A DNA stretch of 64,000 nucleotides from a virus (IMGVR_UViG_3300029305_005443:79915-143914); one strand, 5' to 3'. Positions 48,767 through 61,462 are shown, counted from the first letter of the stretch. The notes: generated by a model from the letters alone, not told the origin. Numbers and translations are program-made.

Positions 48767-50056
48767 ATGAGTGTAGCAAAAATAACTGAAACTTATCTCG
48801 ATAATATAGCAGATGCTATAAGATTCAAAAGAATGTCAGAGGACACCTATACTCCCCCTGAAATGGCTGATGCCATTATGGCTATTCAAGGTGGCCCTAA
48901 TGCAGTCGCCGTTGTCAATAGTGTAGATCCAGATACTGGCGGACTTATAAAAACCATTGTTGGCACAGATATTTCCAGCGATACCGTTACTTCTGGTTCC
49001 TTATTAAAGGGTTATACTGCTCATATGGCAGACGGCACTTTTATTGAGGGTGAATATCAAGGCGGAGCTGGTGATGTTACTCAAGATGAAAATGGGTACA
49101 TTATCTTAGGTAAAGATGGAAGTGATGAGCCAAGTGGAGCAATTTCTGTTGTAGATACTATAGATCCAGTCTCTGGCGGAACTATAAGATCTATTAATGC
49201 TGTAAATATTTCTAATGATACTGTTACTGCAGCTACTTTGCTCAGTGGTTATACTGCTCACGATGCCGCTGGTGATGCGGTCACGGGCACGGTAACAGCT
49301 GGGTATTCGCTTGAACAAGTTTGCTCCGTTGGCTTTCCTGCGGCTTCGGGTGCTATTACATTTTCGGGGACTCGGATAAGGCCATGGCTATTCTATAAGA
49401 ATGCCACTATGACAAGTTTTGTCGGTGATAGCGTTACCAGTATAGCAGGAGATAGTTGGGGGTCTTCGAATATTAGTAGAGCGTTTTCGAACTGTAGCAA
49501 CTTGGAATATATTTCGTTTATGTCATTAACGGATATGTATCATTCCGATTACCCGTTTTCTGATTGCACAAAGTTAAAGACCGCAAACTTTGACTACAAG
49601 AACATTACGAAGTTGCCCGCAGGCTTTTTCAATAATTGCCCTGCGCTAGAGAAGCAAGTGTATGTTATGCCAAAACTTGTGTCAGCCGTGTATGGGAACT
49701 TTTTGACAAATAATTCGCACATAACATCTATGGATATAGGCTCTTCATCTGTGTCCGCAGACAGTGAGTGTAGAATACGAAGCAATGCATTTAATGGAGA
49801 CGCCAACTTCAACTTGCTTATTATCCGCAACACAAATCTTGTCAGAAACTTGGAAAATGTGAACGCATTTGGTAGCACTTGTTTCGAATCAGGCAAATCG
49901 GGTGGAACGCTTTATGTGCCGAGTTCATTGTTATCGAGTTATTCTTCTGCAACAAACTGGTCAACTATTCTCGGTTATGCAAATAATCAAATCAAGGCAA
50001 TTGAGGGAAGTTATTACGAAACCCATTATGCAGACGGTACAGTTATCTCCTCATAA
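48767..50056 (+). CDS. BspA-type leucine-rich-repeat (LRR_5) virion protein 1
   Basis: IADAIR..TP.EMA.AI head, DTVT..LL.GYTAH repeats, AFSNCSNL-type LRRs, GGTLYVP..NWS cap. Confidence 0.82.
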   Translation: MSVAKITETYLDNIADAIRFKRMSEDTYTPPEMADAIMAIQGGPNAVAVVNSVDPDTGGLIKTIVGTDISSDTVTSGSLLKGYTAHMADGTFIEGEYQGGAGDVTQDENGYIILGKDGSDEPSGAISVVDTIDPVSGGTIRSINAVNISNDTVTAATLLSGYTAHDAAGDAVTGTVTAGYSLEQVCSVGFPAASGAITFSGTRIRPWLFYKNATMTSFVGDSVTSIAGDSWGSSNISRAFSNCSNLEYISFMSLTDMYHSDYPFSDCTKLKTANFDYKNITKLPAGFFNNCPALEKQVYVMPKLVSAVYGNFLTNNSHITSMDIGSSSVSADSECRIRSNAFNGDANFNLLIIRNTNLVRNLENVNAFGSTCFESGKSGGTLYVPSSLLSSYSSATNWSTILGYANNQIKAIEGSYYETHYADGTVISS

Positions 50057-50074
50057 AGAGAGAATCTAAAAACT

Positions 50075-50215
50075 ATGTCTATTTTTAAAGTTATATTAGT
50101 TATATTAAATGGTGTTACATAGATAGGTTTAACAGCTGATACCTTTAATTCTGGCACTCTTGAGGCTAACAATACAACTCATGATGCTTCTGGCAGCACA
50201 ATTACTGGTACCTGA
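50075..50215 (+). pseudogene. Degenerate fibre N-terminal module (KVILNG..DLT.DT..HDA.G..ITGT)
   Basis: Resembles the starts of 54615 and 56120, carries a GTTATATTA duplication, stops at TGA after 46 codons. Confidence 0.5.
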
Positions 50216-50249
50216 CCCAATATTTTCGACTTTTCAGGTGGAAACTTAA

Positions 50250-51929
50250 ATGACTGATACTTTATAGATATTTGGAACTCAATATAGTAATGTAACTGGA
50301 ATAAAAGCGTATTAGGATGCTTCTACTCTTCTTACTTATATAAGACCTTAGGGGAGTTCTGTTCTTTCTCAGAATGCTACTTACGATGTAACTACTCTTT
50401 CAGAAGTTACTGTAAATATTACTGGGGGTGATGTTCCAGAAGGATACACTCAGCTTCCAGTGATATATGGTCCTAGAGGTGCCACGATAGACACCGGTGT
50501 CCAGCCAAATAAATCTACAGCTGCGGAGTTTAAAGTTACACCTCTTGAACTAACTGGTAATGCTATTATTGGTACTCCAGGTGCCGCGGATAACCAAGAC
50601 TGGAGATGCTTCAACTATGGTGGAGCAATTTATTGGGATTGTTATAATTCAAGGCTAAATGGGAATACTTTTGCTTCAGGTGTTACTAGAAACTTAAGAA
50701 TAGAAAATAATAAGGTAACAGATCTAGATACAGAGACAGTTCTATTATCTGGCAATTCTCAACTTACTGTTTCTGTCCCCTACAACATATTTATTAATGC
50801 AGGTGTTTCTACAAACACCACAATTGCTAACTGGTTTTATGTAAAGATATATCAAGGGGATGAATTAGTTAGACACTACATTCCTTGTATGTAGAATAGT
50901 ACAGAAATTTATGGTATGTACGATAAAATTGGAAGTTCCTTCTATTCTACAGCAGGCAGCGCACATTTTGAACCAGCCAACCAAGTTAAATCGGTAGCGT
51001 TCACACCTACTGAAACATTACAGTCTTCTACAGTAACACCAGATGGTGGTTATTCTGCCTTAGGTAAAGTTAACATTACTGTTTCTGCTATTTCTTCCAC
51101 TTATGTTGGTACTGGTGTAGCTACACAAGCTGCGCAAGTTTTATACCCTTCTACAGCAGATCAAACTATTGCTGCAAGCAAATATTTAACTGGAACTCAA
51201 ACATTCAAATCTGTTATTACAACTAATTTGAGTGCTTCCAATATTGTTTCTGGTGTTACTATTAAAATTGGTGATGCCAATAATGCGAGTAGAATTGCTC
51301 AAATAACAGGTACTGCTTCCACCGGTGGTGGTACTGATACTTCAGATGCCACTTTGACAAGTGGTGGCCAGATGCTTTCTGGGTACACTGCTTATGCAAG
51401 AGGAAGCAAGTATACTGGCACTATTGTTACTAAATCAGCCGCAGATGTTACAGTTGCTGGTTCATAGGTTACAACACCAAGTGGTTATTTTTCACAAGCA
51501 GTTACAAAAAGCATTGCAAATGCTTCTGAGCTTTTTGTTGGTAACCTTGAGATAGATTCAACTGGTGAGGTTACTGTTCTTGCAGAAATTGAGAGCAGTG
51601 GTTACATCTCTGCAATGGAATAGTGGATAGAATTAGATACTCTTGCCATACAATCTGCACAAACTATTTATCCATCCACTGCTGATTAGACAATAGCATC
51701 TCAAAAGTGGCTTACTGGAACTCAAACACTTAAATCTGTTGTGACAACTAACTTAACTGCCAGTAATATTGTATCTGGTGTTACAGTAAAAATTGGGGAT
51801 AGTGCAAACCCAAGTAGAGTTGCACAAATAACAGGTACTGCTTCCACCGGTGGAGGTGGCCCTGCAATTAGCTATGGTGCTGATTGGGGAGCTAACGGTG
51901 AAGGTTGGTTAGAATTTTCTTGGGAGTGA
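50250..51929 (+). CDS. Fibre/adhesin protein with lectin-like domain and repeats, 7 TAGs
   Basis: IDTGV..YIPC..GMYD domain; YPSTADQTIA..LTGTQT..NLSASNIVSGVTI repeats. Confidence 0.82.
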
Positions 51930-51932
51930 TAA

Positions 51933-53264
51933 ATGAGTATTGGAACAAATTTATGGATAAATGGAACTTTATATTCCAATGTGGAAACTGTTGCACTCCC
52001 AATGTCTAATGAAGAAGGAACTGGTCCAGACGACGGATCCAGAATTCAAATATATCAAGATGTTCACGAAACAACAGCAACAGCAAGCACTGTTCTCAGT
52101 GGGTATTATTTCTTCGATTATGACGCTTAGTACACAGAAGGTACCATAGTTTCGGCAACGACCGATTACATATAGTTGAACATCTCTGACACTACCACCC
52201 CTTTATCAGTGCATATTGCCACAGTTACTGCTTCTTCCGGGTATTATTCAAATCCAATGCAAAAAGTAGTTACTAATGCCTCTTTTAGCAAAGCAAATGC
52301 AGTTTTTATAGACGATTCTGGTAATGCTACTATAACCTTTAATGCTAAAACAGCAGGCGTTGCTTATTCAACAAGTAACTATACCATTTCAAAATCAGCT
52401 GCAGTTGCTGTGACGTCGGCATACACTATTTATCCTTCAACTTCTAGCAATTATGTCACATCACTCAGGTACCTAACTGGTAGTGTTATAGTTGAGTCCG
52501 TTACTACTTCTAATTTATCTGCTTCTTATATTGTGAGTGGAGTAACTATAAAGGTCGGTGATGTTTCTGATGCAGGTAGAATTGCTCAAGTAACGGGGAC
52601 TGCAGTCTTAGGAACAGATACAACAGATGCCACTCTTACTAATGGCAACTAGATGTTGTCATCTTATACTGCTTACGCTAACGGCACTAAATATACTGGA
52701 ACAATTGCTACTAAATCGGCTTCAGATGTTACTGCAGCAGGCTCACAAGTAACAACTCCTAGTGGGTATTATTCCCAAGCAGTCACAAAATCAATTTCTG
52801 GTGGAACTGCAACAACCCCCACTACAACAATTACCGTTACTCCTGGTATAGCTATAAATACTAATGGTGTCATTACTGCAACTGCTTCCGGCACAAGCAG
52901 GGTAACTCCAACAGTCACTGCTGGATATGTTGCTGCTGGAACTTCTGGTACTATAACTGTTAGTGGGTCTAAAACTTCTTAGCTTACTTCTCAAACTGCT
53001 TCTACTTATTATGTATCAACTGCAGATAGAACTATTGCTTCTCAAAGGTGGTTGGTTGGAGCACAAACAATTAAATCCGTTACAACAACTAATTTAAGTG
53101 CAAGTAATGTCATTGCTGGTGTTACCATTCAAGTTGGTGATTCTGGAAATGCAAGTAGAATTGCTTATGTTGCAGGTGGAGTTACTATACATAAATATTA
53201 TACCGGCAGTGGAACTCCTTCTGCAGGTTTAGGTTCTAATGGGGATATTTATCTCTAGATTTAA
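51933..53264 (+). CDS. Fibre protein paralogous to 50250, 5 TAGs
   Basis: Shared repeats; C-terminal GSNGDIYL[TAG]I. Confidence 0.82.
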
Positions 53265-53276
53265 TGAGGTAAGTGA

Positions 53277-54602
53277 ATGGCAACAGCAAGATTAATTCCT
53301 AGTACTTATTCGCTTTCGAACAGCTCACTAACTGTTACTGATGCAGATAATTTTTATTCAAACACTGATAGTACCTCGTACGGTCGAGTTAGTACTACAT
53401 CAACTTCATCACGCTATATTTACTTAAAAGGATTTAATTTTGGTGCAATTCCTTCTAATGCAGTTGTAAATTCATTTACAGTAAAATATAAAGCGTATGA
53501 AACAACACTTTCAACTTCATCATCATACTACCCTAGATTATGTAATAATACTACAACAATTACAGGTACAGCGAGTGGCGCACTTACAACAAGTGTCAAA
53601 ACTTTTTCATTTACCGGTGTTACAGCTGATTGGGCAACAATTTCTGGATATGGTAGTAACTTTGCAGTTCGTTTTACCGTAAGACGTTCAGGTAACTCAG
53701 GAACTGGTTATCTCTATTTGTATGGCGTTGAAATTGAAGTAAATTATACTGTTCCGGTTTACCACAATGTTACAGTTAGCAATAGCACTACTGCCACCGT
53801 AACAGCAAATCCATCCTCTGTTCTTGAAGGTGAGTCTTGTACTGTCATATCTGATACCCTCACAGGAATATCAGTAACAGATAATGGAACTGATGTAACA
53901 AATTAGTTCGTATTGCACAGCGGCACAAATGGAGATTATTCCATAGAATAGAGGGGAAGTTATGGCTTTACTCTTAATACAGGCACTGGATATTATGTAA
54001 GTGATAATAAAGGTGTAGATAAATCGTGTGCAGTTTGTAGGATAAGTTTTAGTTTACCTGTGTCTGCAACAGTAACTTTTCAATATATAAACTATGCAGA
54101 AGCTACATATGACTTTGGTGTATTTGGTAATGTTGATGTAGCATTATCTACTAACTATTATCCAGCTGGGAGTGGCGGTGCCACAATTTCAGAAACAAGT
54201 TATAAAAAGGCTTGTAATACTAGTTCTGATAATACTTCATCTGTTTAGACATTAACTTATTCAAATGTATCGGCTGGAAATCATTTTATTGATGTTAAAT
54301 ACTCAAAAGATGATGCTTCAGCTGCGAATAATGATACTTTATAGTTTAAAGTTACAATAACTTATAGTTAGTCAGTATCTTATTATTCATATACTATTTC
54401 TAATGTCACAACTGACCATGCTATTGTAGTTACTTCTTCTTCCGGTACCCCAAAACTTTGGTACAAATAGAATGGAACTTGGGTTGAAGTGAGTAAAGTT
54501 TATAGTAGAGGGTCTTCATCCTGGGTATAGGTTCTTGACTTTTCATCCACTTTTAATACCTCATATAATTATGTTAATCCTGATGAGCTACCCAATCAGT
54601 AA
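53277..54602 (+). CDS. Ser/Thr-rich beta-sandwich virion protein, 7 TAGs
   Basis: GAGGT RBS; single open frame to TAA 54600. Confidence 0.8.
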
Positions 54603-54614
54603 TAAAGGAAAAAG

Positions 54615-56123
54615 ATGGGAACAGCAAAAGTAGTTTTCAATAAAAGAGTTCTAACAGATGTTACTATAGACACAGTAGAAGAAACATCACTTCAAGGTGG
54701 CTCTTCCGCTCTTAACTCAGAAGGCAATTTAATAGAAGGTACTGCTCAAGAAGATCACGAAAATGATATTATTGAAGGAACCCTTGGAGGAAAGTATATA
54801 AATAGTAACATAGATTATGTTGGTAATAGTGCTTTTGCTTAGGTAGCTTCAAATCAAAATTCAGAGCTGTAGATCCAACTTCCAAATGTAACCAAAGTAG
54901 ATTAGTATTCTTTTTATAATTGTACTCATTTAACTAGTGTTGATCTACCAGATGCAAAAGAATTGTATGTGAGTGCTTTTGAGGCTTGCCCAAACCTTTC
55001 TTCTATAAATATTCCAAAAGTAATTGGTGTTGCCGGTACTTGTTTTATGAATGACACTAGCTTGACAACTATTGAATGGCCAGACCTTTTAACTGTAGCC
55101 CCTGTTCCAGGCCAGTGGAATTCCTGCTCCGTTTTTAGGGGGTGTACTAATTTAACTTATGTTAGTTTGCCTAAATGTTCTTGGCTTGAAGCCAGAGCTG
55201 CTTTGTTTTATGGCTGCACTAATTTATCTTCTGTGAATATGCCTATGTTGGTTCTTCTTTCTGGTAATCAAGTTTTTGATGGTTGTAAAAATCTTCAAGG
55301 TCTTGTTTTTCCTATTTATGGAATAACCCCGTGGATAACAGACACCTCTGCAGCAATTCGATATTTATGCTTTTATAATTGCACAAATTTTTCTTATCTT
55401 GATGTAAACAGGCCTACTTCAATAGAATCCAGAGTTTTTGAAGGATGTAATGCTTTTGAAACATTAGTTATAAGAGGGGATGTTGTTGCTTCTTTGAGTA
55501 GCATAGATGCTTTCAAAAATACTAAATTTGCTGAAAACGGTTCCGGTGGAACTTTATACGTTCGTTCCGATTTGGTAAGTAGTTATCAGTCTTCTTCTAA
55601 TTGGTCTACTATTTTAGCTTATACAAATAATAGTATTAAAGCAATAGAAGGAAGTTATTATGAAACTCATTATGCAGATGGAAGGCTTATTTCTGAAGTT
55701 GTTATTCCATACCCTGACCTTATTTCTTTGAATGGTTTTTGGGATTATGGAGAATATGGAACAGTATAGGTTACCAACAACAATCACGTAAAAGTAACTT
55801 CTTTAAAGGGAAGAACTGGTTGGCAGTTGAGGGTAAGAAAGACAGATAACTCACCAATTTTTAATTGGCCGTACTGGTCTAGGGTGATTGCAGCGCATCC
55901 TAATCAATCAGATTTGAGTAGCAGTGAGGCAGTTGCTTTCTTTGATAAAGACGACAATGTAATATGGCAGTATGTTCAATGGTATAGTGGTACACCAGGC
56001 CCTGGACAAACAAATACAGGTTAGACTTCTTGTGTGGACATATATTCAATTGCATTCTAGTTAAATTCTGGTGTATCTGAATTTGACCTTGAAATTCTTT
56101 TAAATGATATTAGAATAATATGA
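54615..56123 (+). CDS. BspA-type LRR virion protein 2, 6 TAGs
   Basis: F.GCTNL..V.LP LRRs; GGTLYV..NWSTIL..IKAIEGSYYETHYADG cap. Confidence 0.82.
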
Positions 56124-57868
56124 CTAAATTTGCTAAAGTTCTTGTAAATGCATCTCCCTATATTGATTTAACGGATAAAACTGTTACACCATCCACTTTA
56201 AAAATGGGTTCCACAGCTCATAAAGCAAATGGTGAAGAAATTGTCGGAACAACAGTATTTACAGACCCAAAAGTAGAAAATGAAATAATTACTAGAACAA
56301 TTTCTGGCACTTATTCTAATAGTGAGGTAACTCAATTAAAATATGGCGCATTTAGAGTATGCAGTTCTTTAACTTCTGTAGATTTTCCTAATGTCTCTAT
56401 AGTTGGTTCTTATGCATTTGCTGGTTGCTCTTCTTTATCATCTGTTTCATTTCCTAATGCTACTTCCATTGGAAGTTGTGCTTTTTGGTCTTGCACCTCA
56501 TTGTCTCAAGCGACTTTCTCAAAAGTATCTATTGTTAATGTATCTGCCTTCAACGATTGTTCTGGTCTCGTATCAATTTCTCTACCAGAGGCGACATGGC
56601 TTTCTAATCAAGCATTTATAAGATGCTATAATCTTGAAACTGTTTATGCACCCAAAACAAAAAACATTGATAATGAGTGTTTCTAGCAATGCAGTAAACT
56701 TCATGGCCCAAATTTTATGCAAGCTTCTAGAATAGGTCTTAGAACTTTTAAGCAAGCAAGTGTGGGGGGTCTCTCTTGCGATCCTTTAACTATTGGAGAT
56801 AATGCATTTCAGGAAGCAACTTATTACGGGATAAGTATATTTCATAATACTTATATTGTTTCTGGTGGTTGGGCTTTTTCTGGAGCTATAACTACCAGTA
56901 GGTCAACCACTGTCAGCAAAATTGCCTTCCCAGCTTTAGAGTAGTTTTAGGGTGGTGGTGCCCTTGCTTACAATGATAATTTATATGGTTTTGATGCAGG
57001 TAATTTAACCTCTGTAAGATAGAGTACTTTCCTATCTTCTCCTAATGTTAGCGAAATAGTTTTAAGAAAACCTAATACTATAACTACTCTTGAAAACGTT
57101 AATGCCTTTAACAGTTCCCCATTTGCTAGTGGTGGTACTGGTGGTACAATTTATGTACCTTCAAAATTCCTATCAACCTACTCTACTGCTACTAACTGGG
57201 CAACTGTAACTGGTTATGGAACCATCAACTGGCAACCCATTGAAAGTTCTCCATATTCCAATAAGTATATTAATGGGGATGATATAGATATTTATACCTA
57301 TGTTAATCCTGATGGTTCTATGAAGAGCACTTACACTTGGGATTATGAGTGGGATTATACAGATGGGTTGCTTTCCTAGAATGGATGGACTCTCGAAAAG
57401 AGCAACTCATCCGCCCCAAAAGAGACCCTTATTTCAGACGGTGTAGAGCTCAAAGCAGGCGGACAAGGCCTTCAAATTTGGATGAATAAGACAGATTTCA
57501 CCCCAACTATAGGCCTCATGGAAGTCAAAATGTATATCACCAATTTGGACGGAAATTTTAATAATAGAATTAGACTGTCCAATGGAACAACTGGAATTCA
57601 AGTTTATTAGAATAATGCCATTTGGAGATTTTTAACTTCGACTTCTATAGGCGGTGGTGTTAGTTTAGGGACAGCTGCAGCAATCAATGCTCCATATGTA
57701 GTAAGAATTCTCCTAATGGAAAATGGTTTTGGTTATGTTTGGATAAATGGGGATTATACAGGAACAATTATACAATCCGCAATAAGAGAGTGTACTAAAA
57801 CTTCAGTCGGTAGTTGGGGGTCCAATGTTGGTGTATATCAATATATAAAGCTCAAATCTTTCAGCTAA
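56120..57868 (+). CDS. BspA-type LRR virion protein 3 with C-terminal lectin-like domain, 6 TAGs
   Basis: AF..CSSL.SV.FPN LRRs; GGTIYVP..NW cap; open to TAA 57866. Confidence 0.82.
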
Positions 57869-57886
57869 TAATACAAAGGAGAAATA

Positions 57887-58129
57887 ATGGCAATTGTAAC
57901 AGAATTGTACGAAATAAATGGAAGATCTTTCACTAAGACTTATTCTGATTCTCATCGCTATGTAGTTAGAGAAGGAATATCATACTCAGAAGCTAATGAC
58001 CCAACAGAATTTGGAAGAACCTATACAGAGGGTGATTTAATAGAAGAAGAAGCTTCTAATGATGAACTTGTTCAGGAAAATAGAGAGATGAAAGAAATTC
58101 TTAATGTTCTTTTGGGGGATGAATCGTAA
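57887..58129 (+). CDS. Small tail-associated protein (TYSD..YSEANDP..TYTE)
   Basis: AAGGAG RBS. Confidence 0.75.
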   Translation: MAIVTELYEINGRSFTKTYSDSHRYVVREGISYSEANDPTEFGRTYTEGDLIEEEASNDELVQENREMKEILNVLLGDES

Positions 58130-58569
58130 TGTTTGATGGATTGAGTAGGGAAGAAATTTTACAAAAAGTAAGATTATTGAGGCATATGATAGAAGAAGCA
58201 TCTGTCTTTCTTTCAGATACGGATGCCCTTTCCGTACCAGAACTTTATCCTAAGTGGAGAGCTGGTGTGACTTACACTCTTGATGCAGAAAGATCCGTTA
58301 GAGTAAGATATAATGGGCTTCTTTACAGGCTTGAACAAACTCATACAAGTCAAGAAGGATGGGAACCAGATATTACACCAGCTCTTTGGACACGGGTTGC
58401 AGAACCTGGCGAAATTCCAGTTTGGGTACAACCGACTGGTGCTCAAGATGCTTATATGACTGGTGATAAAGTTCATTATCCAACAGCAGAAGATCCAATT
58501 TATGTTTGTACTTCTGATTACAATGTTTATGCACCTGGTGTCTTTGGTTGGGAATTATTTGAAGGATAA
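58129..58569 (+). CDS. CBM5/12-like carbohydrate-binding domain protein
   Basis: W.AGVTY..VRYNG.LY..HTSQ..W.P..PALW; WVQPTGAQDAY..GDKV. Confidence 0.8.
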   Translation: MFDGLSREEILQKVRLLRHMIEEASVFLSDTDALSVPELYPKWRAGVTYTLDAERSVRVRYNGLLYRLEQTHTSQEGWEPDITPALWTRVAEPGEIPVWVQPTGAQDAYMTGDKVHYPTAEDPIYVCTSDYNVYAPGVFGWELFEG

Positions 58570-58571
58570 TT

Positions 58572-59318
58572 ATGGATTACTCTAAAATCTTTGATGCAAA
58601 ATATTATTGTGATAAAGAAAGGGATGAGTATGAGTATGAAAGCTCTACTGGTTCCATCTCCATTACAAAAAAGAAAGTTAAGAATGTCAATGTCTATATG
58701 GCACATCTGACATTCAAAAAGTTCGATAGATTTAAAACTTATTATCATTCTACAGCTACTATTTCAAAAGCTGCTCAAAATACTGGAGCTATATTCTGTG
58801 TGAATAGCAGTGCAGCTAAAGTTAATGGTGGTGGTGAGATGCACAATGGAGTTATCCCAGATTTTTCAGCAGAAAAATACTGTACTCCTGCATTATATAG
58901 TTAGAAGACTGGTATGATAATTCCTGGATTTGGAGGTCCTTATAACAATATGAAGTTGAAGGACATTAAAGAACAAGGAATTGCTACTGATACATTTGGA
59001 TTTGGGGCTGCTTTCTTACAGAACGGGAATATTATAGGAACTAATGGTGGTTCAAGAAGACCAAGAACTTTTATTGGCACAAACGGAAATGCAGGTGATA
59101 TTTGGATTTGTGTTTCTGAGGGTGACGGAGTTAATGGGGGTGGTTCTGGTTTAACTGGTTATGAGTGCGCAGAAGTACTTAAGGGGCTTGGCTGCACATT
59201 AGGTTACCCGTTAGATGGTGGCGGCTCTTCATCAATGGTATTTTAGAATCAGTTGATAAACACTCCTACCGGGGGTAAAGAGAGGAGTGGAATAGGAGAT
59301 TTCATCTACTTTATTTGA
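58572..59318 (+). CDS. Phosphodiester glycosidase (NAGPA/DUF2233-like), 2 TAGs
   Basis: RRPRTFIG, GLT..E.A..L..LGC, LDGGGSSSMVF. Confidence 0.82.
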
Positions 59319-59476
59319 GTCTACAACTGACTCTGCTTCTGAATATCCCCAGTATACTATAGAGATGTAATTGTATATAATAAAGAAATTCCTTAATTTA
59401 TTGATTTTAGCACATAAATTAGTAACAAAATATAATGTAAGTATAAGTATTATCTTATTCTTAAAGGGAGAAAAAT

Positions 59477-60364
59477 ATGTTGCTTTTGGTCGAAGCTGCT
59501 CATGATGAAAACGGAAAGCTTAGTTATGGACAGCCAGGAGATCAGACTGGTGACGAGGTGAGATTGAGAGAAGTAAGTGATAAGGAATCTTTCACTTACT
59601 ATTTTCGCTGTCCCGACAAAACTGCTGCAAAAGCTATGGCAAAAGATGCCATTGATGTAGCAGGAAATAACCATGTTGGTTATGCACAATATGGGGCAAA
59701 CAATCTTAGTTCTAGATATGGCTTATATTATGCAATGAAAACATTTTCTGGAAAAGCTGATTTTTCCAAATTGACTATTTATTGCAATGTAGATTGTTCT
59801 GCTTTAATTTCTGATTTATTAAATAACAATGGTTATAAGGCGAGTGTTTATATGAGCACTAGTTCAGAAGTGAACTAGCTTATTAATCTTGGTTTTGTAA
59901 AACAAGTGTATAATAAAGATAAATTGGAAGTTGGGGACATATTGTGGAGGCAAGGCCATACCGCAATTGTTGTCAGTAAAAGTGACGATGTGGGAACAGA
60001 GGAAGATATAATGTTTAGTAAATTGCTTACAAGTTCTAGTTAGGAAAAGAAATGGTCAACCGGTGCTGGACCTTTAACAAGAAAAATGGCTTATGTTACT
60101 GTTTCAAAAAAAGATCTTGGGTTCAAACAAGGTCAAGTTCCTGGTATGATTGTTGTTCAACAAAAAGGTGAAATTCTTTCTTTATCGCAGTGGATTCGTG
60201 CTTAGTCTCAAGGTTTCTTATTTGTGAGTGATAAAGAAACTACTGCAACCTCTGGTATTCCAGTTGGAACTGCTGAAGGATTTTTTAATCCGGATGCGGA
60301 TACAATTTTAATTCCTGTTAGATTTCCAAATTAGAAATATCACGTTATGATTCTTCCATTTTAA
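59477..60364 (+). CDS. NlpC/P60-CHAP-like endolysin, 4 TAGs
   Basis: DENG..GQPGDQTG.EV, GYAQ, DCSAL (Cys) and GDIL..GHTAIVV (His) on either side of TAG 59876. Confidence 0.85.
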
Positions 60365-60376
60365 TAAGGAGATGTA

Positions 60377-61462
60377 ATGGCAAAATCTTGGTTTCAAGTT
60401 GTAAAGGATGCGGTTCAAATGTATAAGGACCGTGACAATTACGCTTATTTTTATGGTGCAAAAGGTCAAAGACTTACCAAAAATGTCATGGACGCTCTTT
60501 GGGCTGCAGAACCAGAATATTTCAAAAAATACAATGCTGAAGAAAAAGCTCAGATTTATAAGAATTCCCTTAACAAGATCGGTCTTGACTGTTCAGGGTT
60601 TGTGACGAGAGTTACAGGCGAAACCGGCTATTCAATTAGTATTTATAACAAGAGGACAAAAGAAACTTCTCTTGCAGATGGTGTTGCAGGTCAATTTTTA
60701 TTTACTACTTTTGGTGGTTCAGGCCGTCATATTGGTATTGATGCAGGTCTTGGTTTTGCTCTTGACATGGGAAATGAGTCAACTGATTATATGGTTTCAG
60801 TTCATCGTGACTCAGTAAGACTTACAAATATTGGTCAAACTGCTTGGGAACATTCTTTCCAAACTGCAGCTGTTAATTATAATGGTGCTTATGCATTTGA
60901 CCCAAATGGCGATGCACAACCACATCCTGGTGATACTGTTGAACCCGACCCAATTCTTCCGGATATTCCAGATCCAGACGATGAAGTTGTTCTTCCAAAA
61001 GCAGTTCAAGCTACAACTATTATGTATGTTCGTTCTGGTCCTGGGGCAGATTACTCAAGGGTCACATTTGATAGGAACGATGGTAAGGGAGCCAGAAATA
61101 TTCTTGCACAAGGCGAAGTTGCTGAAGTCATTGGAATGAATGGTGATTGGTATCAACTTCAAATTACAGGCGCCTCTCAAGTTTGGCGTCCATATGCAAG
61201 TTCTGAATATCTCAATCCAGTTGAATTTTCAGAAAAGATTGGAACTGCTACAACCAAGTTGAATGTTAGAACTGGTCCAGGTTCTGCTTATTCACTTTGC
61301 AAATTTGATAGAAACGATGGAAAAGGCATTAGAAATACTTTGGAAAAAGGTGAGTCTGCAAGAGTCATTACTGAAAGTAATGGTTGGTGCCAGCTTGAAA
61401 TCGTCGGTGAAGTGTATGTTTGGAGACCATGGGCCTCTAAAAAGTACCTTACTGTGGTATAA
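60377..61462 (+). CDS. NlpC/P60-like peptidoglycan hydrolase with two SH3b domains (no TAG)
   Basis: YFYGAKG, LDCSGFV, HIGI; VRSGPG and LNVRTGPG SH3b repeats. Confidence 0.87.
   Translation: MAKSWFQVVKDAVQMYKDRDNYAYFYGAKGQRLTKNVMDALWAAEPEYFKKYNAEEKAQIYKNSLNKIGLDCSGFVTRVTGETGYSISIYNKRTKETSLADGVAGQFLFTTFGGSGRHIGIDAGLGFALDMGNESTDYMVSVHRDSVRLTNIGQTAWEHSFQTAAVNYNGAYAFDPNGDAQPHPGDTVEPDPILPDIPDPDDEVVLPKAVQATTIMYVRSGPGADYSRVTFDRNDGKGARNILAQGEVAEVIGMNGDWYQLQITGASQVWRPYASSEYLNPVEFSEKIGTATTKLNVRTGPGSAYSLCKFDRNDGKGIRNTLEKGESARVITESNGWCQLEIVGEVYVWRPWASKKYLTVV

Noticed and set aside
49900-55690. Similar 3' segments of two LRR genes as DGR template/variable repeats
   Set aside because: Differences are mostly synonymous third-position changes, not adenine-specific; both copies are coding; no reverse transcriptase in the window
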